Positions 1 through 11,310 are shown, numbered from the stretch's first letter. The stretch: DNA of 42,316 bases from Conidiobolus incongruus B7586 (GCA_000697335.1 JNEM01008940.1:1-42316); one strand, 5' to 3'. Notes: a model not told the origin generated them from the letters alone. Program-made: numbers and translations.

Positions 1-333
1 GAGAATAATATTAATATAATATAAAGCAAAACCAAATATAAAATAATATGGCATAGATTATATTAATATAATATAAAGATATAAATAATATTTAATTAAA
101 ATTTAAATACATATAAGTGACTAACAAATTAGGATTTATATTAAAAAATACTAATATATTATAATATTAATAAAATATACTTATAATTCTAAAAATAGTA
201 GAAAAGTAATAAATAATGAAAATTAAGAGAAAAAAGAGGAACTTAGTTTATTAGATGATTTAATATTATCTATATAATTAATTTAATTATAAAAGTATAG
301 ATTAATTATATAATTTATAGTTAATTAAATTAT

Positions 334-667
334 TGTCGCGGATCGGGAGGTCTGCTCGCCTTTCAATTTTAACCGTCCGTCAAGATTCCAGATGTAATCC
401 ACTCACAAATATCAGGAACAACCCTTGCACAATGGAAAATTCCAGACTATAGCAGAAGCTGGAGCCTCAACACATTGGCCAAGGATCAACCACACTATAA
501 AATAGTCACTGGACAGATATTTGCTGGGGGATCACTTCAATCAGGGCCAAGCCCTAGATCTTGCTATTTTAATAAAACTCCTCTAAAGTATCTAGTTAGC
601 CTTCTTTGGCCCGTTTCATCAAGCTCACGTGATCTTTATCGCAAGACTACTTTCCAGAAGCCTTGCA
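334..667 (+). mobile_element. Solo LTR of an LTR retrotransposon (334 bp)
   Basis: GC-richer island in AT-rich DNA. It starts TGTCGCGG, ends ...TTGCA and is flanked by a TTAT/TTAT 4-bp direct repeat (330-333, 668-671). Internal TATAAAA at 496-502 and AATAAA at 571-576; homologous to 11311-11644 (-). Confidence 0.7.
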
Positions 668-1674
668 TTATAAAAAAATATATATAAGAATTTAAAAAAC
701 TAATCTTTTAATAAAACTTTAGTTATATATTCAAGAAAATATTCTATTATTTATCTTTATATTTAATAATATTTAGTATTTAAAAACTTTAGAACCATTA
801 TTATTTGTTTTATAATACTAATATAATATGTAAAAAATATACCTAATGGTTTTATTATATTAATATATAAATCTTAATATTTAAAATAAAAACTTATTTT
901 TAAATAATTTCTTATTTTAATAATACATCAGGAATATCATATATTTTATAATTTTAATAAACATAAATGTTAATTTCAAAAGCAAAATTATATTTAATAT
1001 TATCTATTATTATTTTTTTAATTATTAATGATATAATATTAATTTAAAAATGTTAATCAATTAATTTTTATTTCATATTAAAATTTTGAATTTCAATTAA
1101 TCATTTTATGATGCTAAAAATTTGGCATATTAAGTTATAATGTGAAATTTGTATATTTAAAGTAAAATTTTAATATTATTTTTTAAAATTATATAAAAAT
1201 ATAATGATATACAACTTAAATAATAATATTTTATTCTTTCGAATATTATTAGTCAACGATATATTAATTTTGAATTTGAGGATAATAATTTGAGATATTT
1301 TATTGAAATAGTTCCAATTACCACTATATAATCTAAAAAATGGATAAAGTATATAGTTTAAAGGAAAAAATGAAAAATAACCATAAAAGACAGATATTTC
1401 GTAAATATTGGTATAATAAATTTTTAATTATAAAATATCCCAGATTTGCAGCTTGATCAAATTTTAATCAATTTTTTGCAAATATATTATTTGAACATTT
1501 AATCAGACAGTGAAAAGTATTTTATCATCATATATATATATATATTATTAGTTTAAAGATGTAATTTATTAGCATTGATTTAGTTTAGTACTGAGGATAT
1601 TTTTCAGATATTTGGAATATAATAATTCAAATTAATGAAGTAATTTAATCCGTAACTACTAATCAACTTAGCTT

Positions 1675-1754
1675 AGAATAATCAAGAAATATTGAGAATA
1701 ATTCGGTTATTTCAAACAATCTAACAAACGTAGTCAGCATATCTGATATAAATA
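1675..1754 (+). promoter_or_regulatory. HSP20 copy 1 promoter: imperfect heat-shock element plus TATA box
   Basis: aGAAtaATCaaGAAa at 1675-1689 (one mismatch to nGAAnnTTCnnGAAn) and TATAAATA at 1747-1754, upstream of an HSP20 frame. Confidence 0.55.
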
Positions 1755-1860
1755 GCTATGTCACGGGCGTTGAAAATTCAAACAATTCATTAGAATATAC
1801 CATAATAAAGTAATAATTTCATCATTCTTTGCTACAAGACCATTCACACTCCTTGTAACA

Positions 1861-2342
1861 ATGTTGTTCAATTCTACACCACCCCAATTTTCAAATCCTA
1901 CAAGCTTAGTGAATCTAAATTTGCAGTTCCAAGCTCGGATATTCTAGAATCAAAAGAAGCTTACAAGGTCAGAGTTTCATTGCCAGGTGTCCCTAAAGAA
2001 GCCATTGACATCAAATTTTCTGAAAATACTTTAACCATCATCACCAACAATAATAAGGAATCCAATTCTGATTGGGAGAAGGTAGAGAAGGTGGACAAAG
2101 GCGCCAATGAAGAAAATGAATCAATATCTGAAAAGGAAACTACCCAGAAGGAAGGCCAACCACCCAAGTATGAAGAGTTTAAGCCGCTTATCAGTCAAAT
2201 TTCTTCCAAGCCATATAAGAAAACAATTGAATTCTCTGAAAAGGTTGATGAAGACAAAATCATTGCAGAATATCAGAATGGACTGTTAACTTTAACATTA
2301 TCCAAACTTCCCAAGAATCGCAAAACCATACAATTGGCATAA
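1861..2342 (+). CDS. Small heat-shock protein (HSP20/alpha-crystallin domain), copy 1; start codon out of frame
   Basis: Frame 1809-2342 reads VVQFYTTPIFKSYKLSESKFAVPSSDILESKEAYKVRVSLPGVPKEAIDIKF...IIAEYQNGLLTLTLSK...RKTIQLA, with the typical sHSP motifs LPGV-K, A-Y-NGLL-L and C-terminal IxI/L. The nearest ATG with good context (1861) is one base out of frame. Confidence 0.8.
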
Positions 2343-2922
2343 TTAATAATTGCCTGAGGTTTGTACTATTATTTTGTCAATGATAAAATTATTCCTTATT
2401 GATAATTTTTTAATTCAATATTTATTGTTTATTGTTTAATATAATTCTATTATAAATGGATAGTAAAAAAAACAATCATAAATCAACCAATCAATTAATG
2501 CATAGTGGTATTTATGAAAAATTAGTGTTTATGTTCAAAATAACCTTCAGGATTCATTTGCTTATTACATTTGTTCAATATTATAATTTTAAATTTATTA
2601 TATAAATATTGGATATTGTAAATTATGTTGTATATATGTAAACTTTCATATTATTAATAGTTTAAGTATAGTTTTATCTTGGGTATCATATTGATTTCAG
2701 TACTAATAATGAAAATATATAATTTTTATTAGCATAATTATTTTGAATTTATCTAAATATACTGTATATTGTCTTCAATTTTTTATGAATTGATCTATTA
2801 GTAAAAAGAGTTAATAAAATCAAATTAAATAATCCTCAAATTCAATAATTTAAATATTCGTTTATGATAATAGGATGAAAAGTTAAAATAAAACAAATAT
2901 ACATAAGATGAAATTAATTTGA

Positions 2923-3529
2923 TTATGAGTATAATTCATTTTCCGAATCTAACTCTTCCGTAAAATTATGACTAGGTTTATCGCTTAATTCAGTTCCTTC
3001 TTCCATATTTTGTAACTCATTAGTTACTTGATTTAATTTAATCTATACAATATTAATTAACAAATTTGAAATAATAAAAATGAGTATTTACCTGTTGGTC
3101 TACCAAGTTTGATATTCTCTGAATTTGGTCATCTTTCATAAGTTCAACTTGAATGTCGTCGTCATCCTCATTTAAAAAAGCAGATTCGAAATTACCTTCA
3201 ATATAGGGGTCGTCTTCCAAATGCATGTTAGGTTTACTCAAACCGAGGAAAGAGTTACCTCGATTTAGACCTGAACTCGTGCCGAATGGAGATCCCGAAA
3301 GGAATGAAAAACTTCTTTTGCCTGTGCCCCCTCCCAATCTTGTAGGGAATTCATTTTGAGAATTTAATAAACTTTCAAATTCTACATCAGTACTATCTCC
3401 AATTGTCATAGATTCTGGTGCGTAATTCGGTTGATCTTCATACTGTTCCGGAATATTATTATCGCACTGAGGTCTTGGAGCTCTAGTTATTGGAGCGTCC
3501 GCTCTAAAACAACTGATATATTGACCCAT
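2923..3529 (-). CDS. Uncharacterised acidic protein (~185 aa) with predicted N-myristoylation/palmitoylation; 2 exons (3529-3092, 3042-2923)
   Basis: ATG start MGQYISCF. Removing the phase-0 GT-AG intron 3091-3043 gives ...LVDQQ|IKLNQV...NELYS*. Confidence 0.7.
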
Positions 3530-3713
3530 TACAAAATAATTAACAAGTCACAATACTAAAAAAACAAATGATAATAACAATGACAATAATAATAATAATA
3601 AATTGATTTAATATACAGTTTTTTTTTCAATTTAATACTTTATAATTATAAAAAATAGGTAATTTTTTAAATATAATAATACATTGAAATAATTTAAATT
3701 GACAGGATTATCG

Positions 3714-3740
3714 ATATTATTATTATTATTATTATTATTA
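3714..3740 (+). repeat. (TAT)n microsatellite
   Basis: Direct reading of tattattattat... Confidence 0.9.
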
Positions 3741-4319
3741 ATTGGCATTGGTGAATTATGACAAGAGTATGGGATCTAAAATTTATTTGGTTTAATTGTG
3801 TGTGGTTGAGGGTACTTTATTATTATTATATATTTTTACAAATAAATTAGGTTTAAATGAATAATATTCATACTAAGAATAAAAATAAAAATATTATAAT
3901 TATTATCAAATCATTTTTCAAGTTATATTATAAATATTAAATTGAATATAAAATTGGTATCTTACTATATATAATTGAATATTCAAAAACTGAAGTGATT
4001 TAATCGATGCACTATTTTTCTTATTAAATCAAGCTGTCTAAGTGAAATGTATTAATATATTTGTATTTTGGATAAATCATAATTATTAAATTTTAACGCA
4101 GCTTTATGATATTGAACTAAATAAATTTTTAAATACGTATAAAAATTATTAAAATTATGGATTTACAAATTAATAGAAATAATAACAAAATGATAATTTT
4201 TATAAAATATTATTATTTACTATAAAAATGAATTAATTATAAGAAAAAACATGAAAAATAGATTGCATATAAATTAAAATATATGGCTGACAATGTATCA
4301 AACACTTCAACCAGATCAT

Positions 4320-5150
4320 CTACTGATAAACTCTGATGTAATCAATTTCAAGAGGACTCGTCCATGTAGGCGCATCCACTTCTGGCACCATTCTCGCGCC
4401 TCCAAAGAAGTCACCTCCTACTGCTACGTTAACAATGAAATAAAATGGCTCTGTCCAAGGTTGTCCTGGAGCTGAGTAAATATTAGTATTTTGACCATGA
4501 ATCCATGTATCATTCAAACCCATAGTATGAGTGATTTTTCCATCAACACTCCATTCCATCTTACTTTCAGACCAAACCAATGTATATTCATGAAACATAT
4601 CAGCTGATTGTGGCACAGGCACATATTGTACATGTTCAATTCTCCAAGGTCCACCATGATGCAAATTGTGATTGACTACATTTTCATTTTGGCCTTTAGC
4701 TTCAATGATATCAATTTCACCATCACTAGGCCAGCCACCATATTTTGATTCTCTTGGAAGCATCCAAACTGATGGCCACACAAAATTCCCCTTGGGCATT
4801 TTTGCTTTAATAACAAATTTACCGTGATGCCAAGCACCTCCATTGGGACCTAGACTATTGATGCGGGCACTGCTCGCCATCTTGTGTTCATTTTCCCTAT
4901 ATTGAGGCTGAATTCGGAGTTTACCATCCTTGACAGAAATGACTTCAGTATCTGAAGAATCAACATAGCATTGCTGTTCATTGTTACCACCACCGAAGCA
5001 GTTAACCTCCATTTTCCATTTCGTCAGATCCAATCCACTTCCGTTAAATTCATCTGACCAAACTAACTTAGTATAATCGCTATTATGTTTTGCAAGGGAG
5101 GCAGCTGACAATGCATTCATCAAAATTATTAAATTAGTCAATTTCATCAT
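4320..5150 (-). CDS. Secreted glycoside hydrolase family 16, laminarinase/beta-1,3-glucanase-like
   Basis: Signal-peptide-like MMKLTNLIILMNALSAASLA; motifs LVWSDEF, GGGNNEQQCY, WPSVWMLP, catalytic GEIDIIE and IDYIRVYQ. Intronless. True ATG is at 5150 or 5147; the ORF-track start at 5207 is TTG. Confidence 0.92.
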   Translation of the reverse strand: MMKLTNLIILMNALSAASLAKHNSDYTKLVWSDEFNGSGLDLTKWKMEVNCFGGGNNEQQCYVDSSDTEVISVKDGKLRIQPQYRENEHKMASSARINSLGPNGGAWHHGKFVIKAKMPKGNFVWPSVWMLPRESKYGGWPSDGEIDIIEAKGQNENVVNHNLHHGGPWRIEHVQYVPVPQSADMFHEYTLVWSESKMEWSVDGKITHTMGLNDTWIHGQNTNIYSAPGQPWTEPFYFIVNVAVGGDFFGGARMVPEVDAPTWTSPLEIDYIRVYQ

Positions 5151-6151
5151 CAATATTAAAATTCTGAATCCAAAATATATTTGAATAATTTTTACAATTC
5201 TAAACAAATCAACAATTTATATATCAAAGTACTTAAATAACACCAATGCATCGAATACACCAATAAACTCCTGGCAAAAAATAACTGTTAGAAAAAATCA
5301 TTTTACTCAAAGGCTATTCAACCTTAATCAGTTAAATAATTTTAATTTCAATTAGGAGGACTTGAAAAATAATTTCCGTTATTCGGATTATAAAATTTGG
5401 AGTGAATTTTGGTAGAGTTAGGAAAGTTTTTAGGCACTTTTGAATTACTTAATGGAGTTATCAAGGAGATTGAGTACTCAATTTTACTCCAATTTGCTTA
5501 CTCTTTCCATTTAGTATAGTAAAAAGGAAAGTTTTCAAAGTTATCAAAATTTAATATATCATTTAATTATTATTTTTTAGATCCTTATATTTCCTAGAAT
5601 TGGTAGTCTCATATTTAGATTATCAGGATATTGAAAATCTTCTCAAATCTTACATTGATTTTTATTAGTTTATATGCCCTTAAAAGATGCTACTAATGAT
5701 ATCATTGTTAAGATCCAATTATAACAGATCTGTGTGTGTGGGAGGGGGGGGTAACTTTGAGTTTGATTGAACTTACTATTTTTAGTTTAATTCAGAATAA
5801 ATATTCACAAAATGTTTTCAAGATTTAAAAATCCCAAAAAATCTTATGATATCGTTTATTAGTGTTGATTTTTAGAAATTCTTTCTAACTAGGTAGATTT
5901 TGTTATAGGTTGCGATTGGTATACTAACCAGATCAATTAATTCTAGGAGATAATATACATTTAATAGGTTTTATATTCGTTAGAAGGAAATTAATATTTT
6001 ATTTGTTTATTAAAAAGTCTAAAATAAAATATGTATCAATATAAATAAATAAATATAATCAATTTGGAATTGTTGAATTTTTCTTAAAATTAAGCAAATA
6101 TTAAGATAAATATAATTAAAATAATAGTGTAAATATTGAAACTTTCCTTAA

Positions 6152-6155
<4 letters not shown>

Positions 6156-6184
<29 letters not shown>
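6156..6184. repeat. (TA)n microsatellite
   Basis: Direct reading; similar (TA)n tracts at about 1529-1545 and 35025-35045. Confidence 0.9.
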
Positions 6185-6187
<3 letters not shown>

Positions 6188-6300
6188 ATGTGAAGTTTCT
6201 ATGAACAATAATACAAAAAGGTAATTAATCGTGCAATAACTAATTCCTATTTATATATAAATATCGGATATAAAATTGAATAACGGAAAAACTGATGAAG

Positions 6301-7829
6301 TTATTTATTAATTTTAGCCCATTCTTCGAGTGTAGAATCATCAATATAATCATATCTCCAAATAAATCCCTCGCTACAATAGATTATATTTCTAAATAAA
6401 ATAATTAATATAAAAACATTGTATAGCTATTCAATAATTTACGTGTTATTATTGGCAAATATACAACTTTTAACAGGTTTAGAAGATCTCTTGTGTTTTA
6501 AAGTTTGAACACATTGACCATCTTCAACTCTGTAAATTAATATATTTCCCAATTCATTACCGATAGTTAAAAATTGTTCTCCTTTACTAGATAAAATCAA
6601 TTTATTATCATTGGTTGTTGTTTTGATATAATTTTAAATTACCTAACACCAAAGCTTGAGCGATAATGACCTCCATTTTTGACAGAAGAAATATATTTAA
6701 TCTAATACAATTAAATTAGAATGAATTGGGATTGAAATTAATTTAAACATTTACTTTTTGGTTGGATAAATCAAAGCATCCAAATTTACCGTTATTGGTT
6801 TTGAATAAAATATTACCATGCTTAGTGAAATAGAGATAATCTAGTATAATACTATTAATTAATATTTCCAAGAAAATGATTAAAGATCTTACCAATTGCA
6901 CCATTTCCATGATCCTTCCCATTATATAAGAGCTCAGTTTCGTCAAATGACCAAAATCCTTCTTGGAAGCTGGTCTCATCATTTGTATTAAAGTCACAAT
7001 TAAGTAATACTTGGTGAATTGTCCCTTTAGAAGTTCCATAATAGATTACATTGCCACAATGAGAAAAGCACTATAAATGAATTGCAAAACTTAGAATTAA
7101 TTTGTATATACATAATTAAAATAATTACTGAAGCGGTGGCTTTAACGTTTAAACCAGTCAAAATTTGGGAATTTTCTACATCAATCAATTTAATGGTATT
7201 ATCTTTACTCACAGTTAAAACATAATGAGTTATATTGGGATGTGGTGAAATTTGTATAATATCATCTAAAGTATAGATCAGAATCATCAAAAGTGCCGAA
7301 ATTATAGTAAAATACCTGAATGAGGTTGAAATCTCACAATTTCTTGAGAGAACGCTAAACTAACCCCATGAAGAAATCCCTCTGTACCTCCGAGAATTAG
7401 CCAAGCATCCTGCTGAGGTAATAGCCAACAGCAGCTAAGTAGTGTCTATTAAATAACATCAGATAGGATTCAGTCTTTGAAAACTTAGCTATGTACCTCT
7501 TGATCTTCGTCATCTAACACCATATGGGACATAAGGTCAAGGTGGTTACCAATATGTTCATTATCATAAATATTTAACTAGCAATAAATTTAAATTTCTC
7601 AATTAAATCAATAAACTTAAATCAGCCAAAATACCTGGTTAGCACCTATTGTAGCAATCAAATTACTACAATTCAAGCCGTCCTCATCGAAAGAGTAATT
7701 AGGACAAGCTAAAACTTGTTGAATACTGCAATTGTGATTCTCTTTAATAATTCTTTTTAAATAAAAATTTTTAAATGATTTCTCTTCAATTTGAAAATTA
7801 GGTGAAATTGGTGATTCTATTGAACTCAT
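6301..7829 (-). CDS. WD40-repeat protein, EED/ESC/FIE (Polycomb PRC2 subunit)-like; 9 exons
   Basis: Splicing 8 GT-AG introns gives a continuous frame: IKENHNCSI...LIATIGANQLNIYD...LSCCW...LILGGTEG...HSDDIIQISPHP...LTVSKDNTIKLID...HGNGAIDYLYF...LTIGNELGNILIY...LKHKRSSKPVKSCIF...FIWRYD. This is colinear with EED motifs (KEDH, ATVGSN, LSVSKD, LGNQ-G, L-H, IWRWD). Confidence 0.75.
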
Positions 7830-10367
7830 CAGATAAATATATTCAAATTTTTTTAAGTTCAAACTAAATTATAATTTATGATAATTATGTATTATGTTAA
7901 TTTGATTAATATTAGCTAATATAAATTTCTTATATGTTATATCACGAATGATCAATGAATATAATACTCATGAATAAAAGATTTAATTTATGGGATATAA
8001 AATTAATATCTGATTTCAAAAATGAAAACGAAAATTAGGAATATTAATATGTTTATATTAATAATTTATACTTTTTAGTTATTTCAACAAACAATTAAAT
8101 CAAATAATTAGTAATATTAAGTTATTAAGTATCAAATTTATTAGTTTAATAAATTAAAAATGTTAAATATAATGATATTATAATATAATTTAGATAACAA
8201 ACATTAGAATAAAAATTAGTATTAAATTTAAGATTTTAGATTGATATATGATGCTCAAATAATACGAAGTTAAGCCCTTATTAACTAGTAGAGTCTATAA
8301 AACATATTGTGAATATTAAGAGAACCAAGCAAGCCTAAAAAGCTAATACTATAATCTCAACATAATATAAAAATGAAAAAAAATCGCTTTGATAAGAATT
8401 TTATGACAAAAAGTTGAAAATACAAGTTATTGAATATATGAACCATCGCAAATTATTTCTGCTGCGAAACCACATAATCGGTAAAGACCATGATATATAT
8501 TATAAATACTAATAAATTGTACAAATATTTCAGTTACTTCCTAATCGAAAGTTAATTTTAATTTATAAAATGTTGTATATTATATTAAAGTTATATGTAT
8601 AATGTGAGAAAAACAAATCTAATTAAAATTATTACTTAATTATACTAATCATTTATTATTTTTGCCTTGATTGAAAAGTATAATGTCAATTATCTTGGCA
8701 ATCTGATAGAATATATTTTCATGTATTTAGAAATTTTTGTAATCTAATCAATATTAAGAAAAGGATTGAATATGGTTTTTCAATGGACCAAGATATATTG
8801 CTGTATATTCTGGTTTATAATGTTAATTTTCTTCTTTTTGATTAATTAGCATTGCGACATAGTATATTGGTGCTAAATTATCTATGAGATAATCAAGTTC
8901 TCCAATCAGTAAAAAGTATTTCAAAGTATATTATCATTAAGATGACAATAATAAGTTTAATCCAAAATAATTCATTTCAATGCAAAATGAACAATATTTG
9001 ATAAAAATGTCACTAATAATGCTATATTTTATTATATCATTTAATGATTAATAAAATTCTAATTTGACAATGCGAGTTTCAATCATTGTAATGAAATATA
9101 CATTTGGATCTCTATTATCAAATATTTCTGTAAAATTTATTATTGGTTTGCACAATACTTTATCTCATAGTCATAACATATAATAAAATAATTGTATAAA
9201 AATAATCCGAGATTAATATATCATCAGTATTCTCAACTCAGTGGCTTATGAGATTTATTGATCATATAATTATTAAATATCCCAAATCGTATATGGTGAT
9301 ATTAATAATAAATAATGTAAAGGAGTATTCCAACCATTTAATGTTAAATATTTAATAATTGAAAAGTATTTAAATTTTTTATTAATATTTTATATTTTAT
9401 GAAAATTTATAGAATTTTACCGAAATTTGTGCAAAATTTCTATCTAAATAATAATTAAATCAATTCCAAATTTTTTGAAATCAAATATTCATATTTGATA
9501 TATAAAAAAATATTGAAATATTTTGTTTTCATTAATTATCATTGAATTCAATTAAATAATTTTTCTTAGTAGTCTTTCACTAAATCATAGTTTGGTTAAT
9601 TGATTTATTTGCCAAAATTTTAGATTAGTTTCATAATCACTAGTTTGGTAGTTAGATCTTTATATATTAGATGCTATCTGTAATTGATCCAAGGCTAAAT
9701 GCTATTGTTGATGGTTTTTAACATTATATCATAAATTATTACTATGCTTCAATTTAGCATACCACCAAGATCATAATAAAATATTTAGAATTAGTTGCGT
9801 GGGTTTCAATTAATTAAATAAAATGCAAATCAAGTTTAAAAAGAATTTCTATGATTTGCTGTGCAAATTTTTTCTCAACCCTTATAACATTAAATGAGTA
9901 ATTGATTATTGCCAAGAGATTATACATTTTTGGTATTATATAATAAATCAATAAAATATTGATTTGAATACTCAATATTAGAGAAATTTTCTAATTGTAA
10001 TAACACTTATTGTATACCCCGATGATTGTATTGTTACAAAATGATCTATCGCTCAAGTGAAAATTTCTCAACTACCGTCTAACCTTATTTAGAAATTGAG
10101 TATATAATTTTGCCCGATTGGTCGTAAAGTTTAAAGATTTCCTCAATATCAAATTCTTAATTCAATCTTCTCTTTAATTTGTGTAAAATATGCCAAGTTT
10201 ATTGAATAAATCTAATACTTTGATCCATTGTTGATTTTAGTTATGACATCATGAGAGTTTACACAGAAATAGTATAAAAACCATTTCTCAACTGTAATTA
10301 ATAGAGTATTGATTGTTTTCAATTCATTTTATTTATTATTTGAAATATTTACAGAATTTTAAATAAA

Positions 10368-10727
10368 ATGGATCAAACTAACCCCAACTCTGATCTTAAC
10401 CCTGTAACAAACACTTCATTGTCATCAGAACATGTTGGATTCTTCATTGGAATGATTATATTATTGATATTATTCATATCTTTATCCATAACAGATTGCT
10501 ATCTCTTCGTGTACTTATACAGAAAATTATTTAAGAAGGAAAAGGCAAAGAATGAAGAGGAATCTATTGAAACATCATCCATGAGTGAAAAGGATGACGA
10601 TTCGAAGCATGTAAAATTTGATATCCCTGGTAGTAACGAGACTTCCAATGCTGTTCATACACCGAACCAATCTGAAGGCCCTTCTCAGCATCCTACCACG
10701 ACGGCTGGTCCGAATCCTTCTTCATAG
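10368..10727 (+). CDS. Small single-pass membrane protein, unknown function (119 aa)
   Basis: ATG in AAAATG context and TATAAAA about 95 bp upstream. Hydrophobic helix GFFIGMIILLILFISLSI is followed by basic YRKLFKKEK and a disordered tail. Confidence 0.7.
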   Translation: MDQTNPNSDLNPVTNTSLSSEHVGFFIGMIILLILFISLSITDCYLFVYLYRKLFKKEKAKNEEESIETSSMSEKDDDSKHVKFDIPGSNETSNAVHTPNQSEGPSQHPTTTAGPNPSS

Positions 10728-10899
10728 TTCTCTGTACAGCCAAATTAAGATTTAAAGTTGTTACATCATATTATATTTATAAATTATTTATAAAAATGCC
10801 AAAATAGCAATAAATATTCAAAATATACCCAAATCTTTTGAACCTTTTTGAATTTATACTATTCAAATATTTATATGTGGGCATGATATAAAAAAGTAT

Positions 10900-11290
10900 C
10901 TTATAATCTCTCAGATGGTATCATCATGACCAATATATATCGATACAATACAGAAACATCTATTCTCATCTAGTATCCTTACATCAACTCAATGTAATGG
11001 TCAATCTCCTGCTGCATATAGATCCACTTACTCTTTATTGGTTGATAGGCTATACTGTCAAGTCCTTGCAGTAACTCCTAAACCACTTCACCAGACCTAC
11101 ATTATTAAAACCGGGAATTTGGATGATTCATATCATCATCAGTCCGATCTGGGTCCTCTCAACTATTGACATAATCATTAAAACTCTCTTTCAACCCAAC
11201 TTATAACCAAATATCCTGAATCACCCCCTTCGCTAATTATGTTCATAGCACTGCTTCTTCAAGTGGTGTTAATATCATAATCTATATTTA
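10900..11290 (-). mobile_element. Possible decayed internal region of a retroelement next to the LTR
   Basis: GC-richer than background and directly downstream of the minus-strand LTR. The frame from ATG 11278 reads MILTPLEEAVL*T*LAKGVIQDIW... with many stops; no diagnostic motif. Confidence 0.3.
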
Positions 11291-11310
11291 TATACCCAAT
11301 ATCATAATAT

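Larger units (their letters stand above)
1656..2375 (+). repeat. Inverted segmental duplication, copy 1 (partner 22197-22917)
   Basis: Near-identical reverse complement of 22197-22917, covering promoter, CDS and about 30 bp of 3' flank. Confidence 0.95.

Noticed and set aside
475..687. 70-aa ORF
   Set aside because: TTG start, lies within the LTR and runs past its end; no recognisable motif.
1759..1767. TGTCACGGG, identical to the LTR terminus, in the HSP20 promoter
   Set aside because: Only 9 bp match with no further LTR similarity; probably chance.
1758..1793. In-frame upstream ATG (MSRALKIQTIH*) as the HSP20 start
   Set aside because: It lies only a few bases after the TATA box and is closed by stops at 1791, 1803 and 1806; no consensus splice donor bypasses them.
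1961..2289. Alternative-frame and antisense ORFs over HSP20 (also 22285-22467 and 22407-22613)
   Set aside because: Shadows of the HSP20 frame, repeated only because of the duplication.
4230..4322. Open frame after the GH16 stop suggesting readthrough
   Set aside because: YIRVYQ is the normal GH16 domain end, and the stop context is not a known leaky one.
5731..5752. (TG)5 plus G-run resembling a polypurine tract or telomeric seed
   Set aside because: Not followed by a TG-initiated LTR and no tandem telomere unit.
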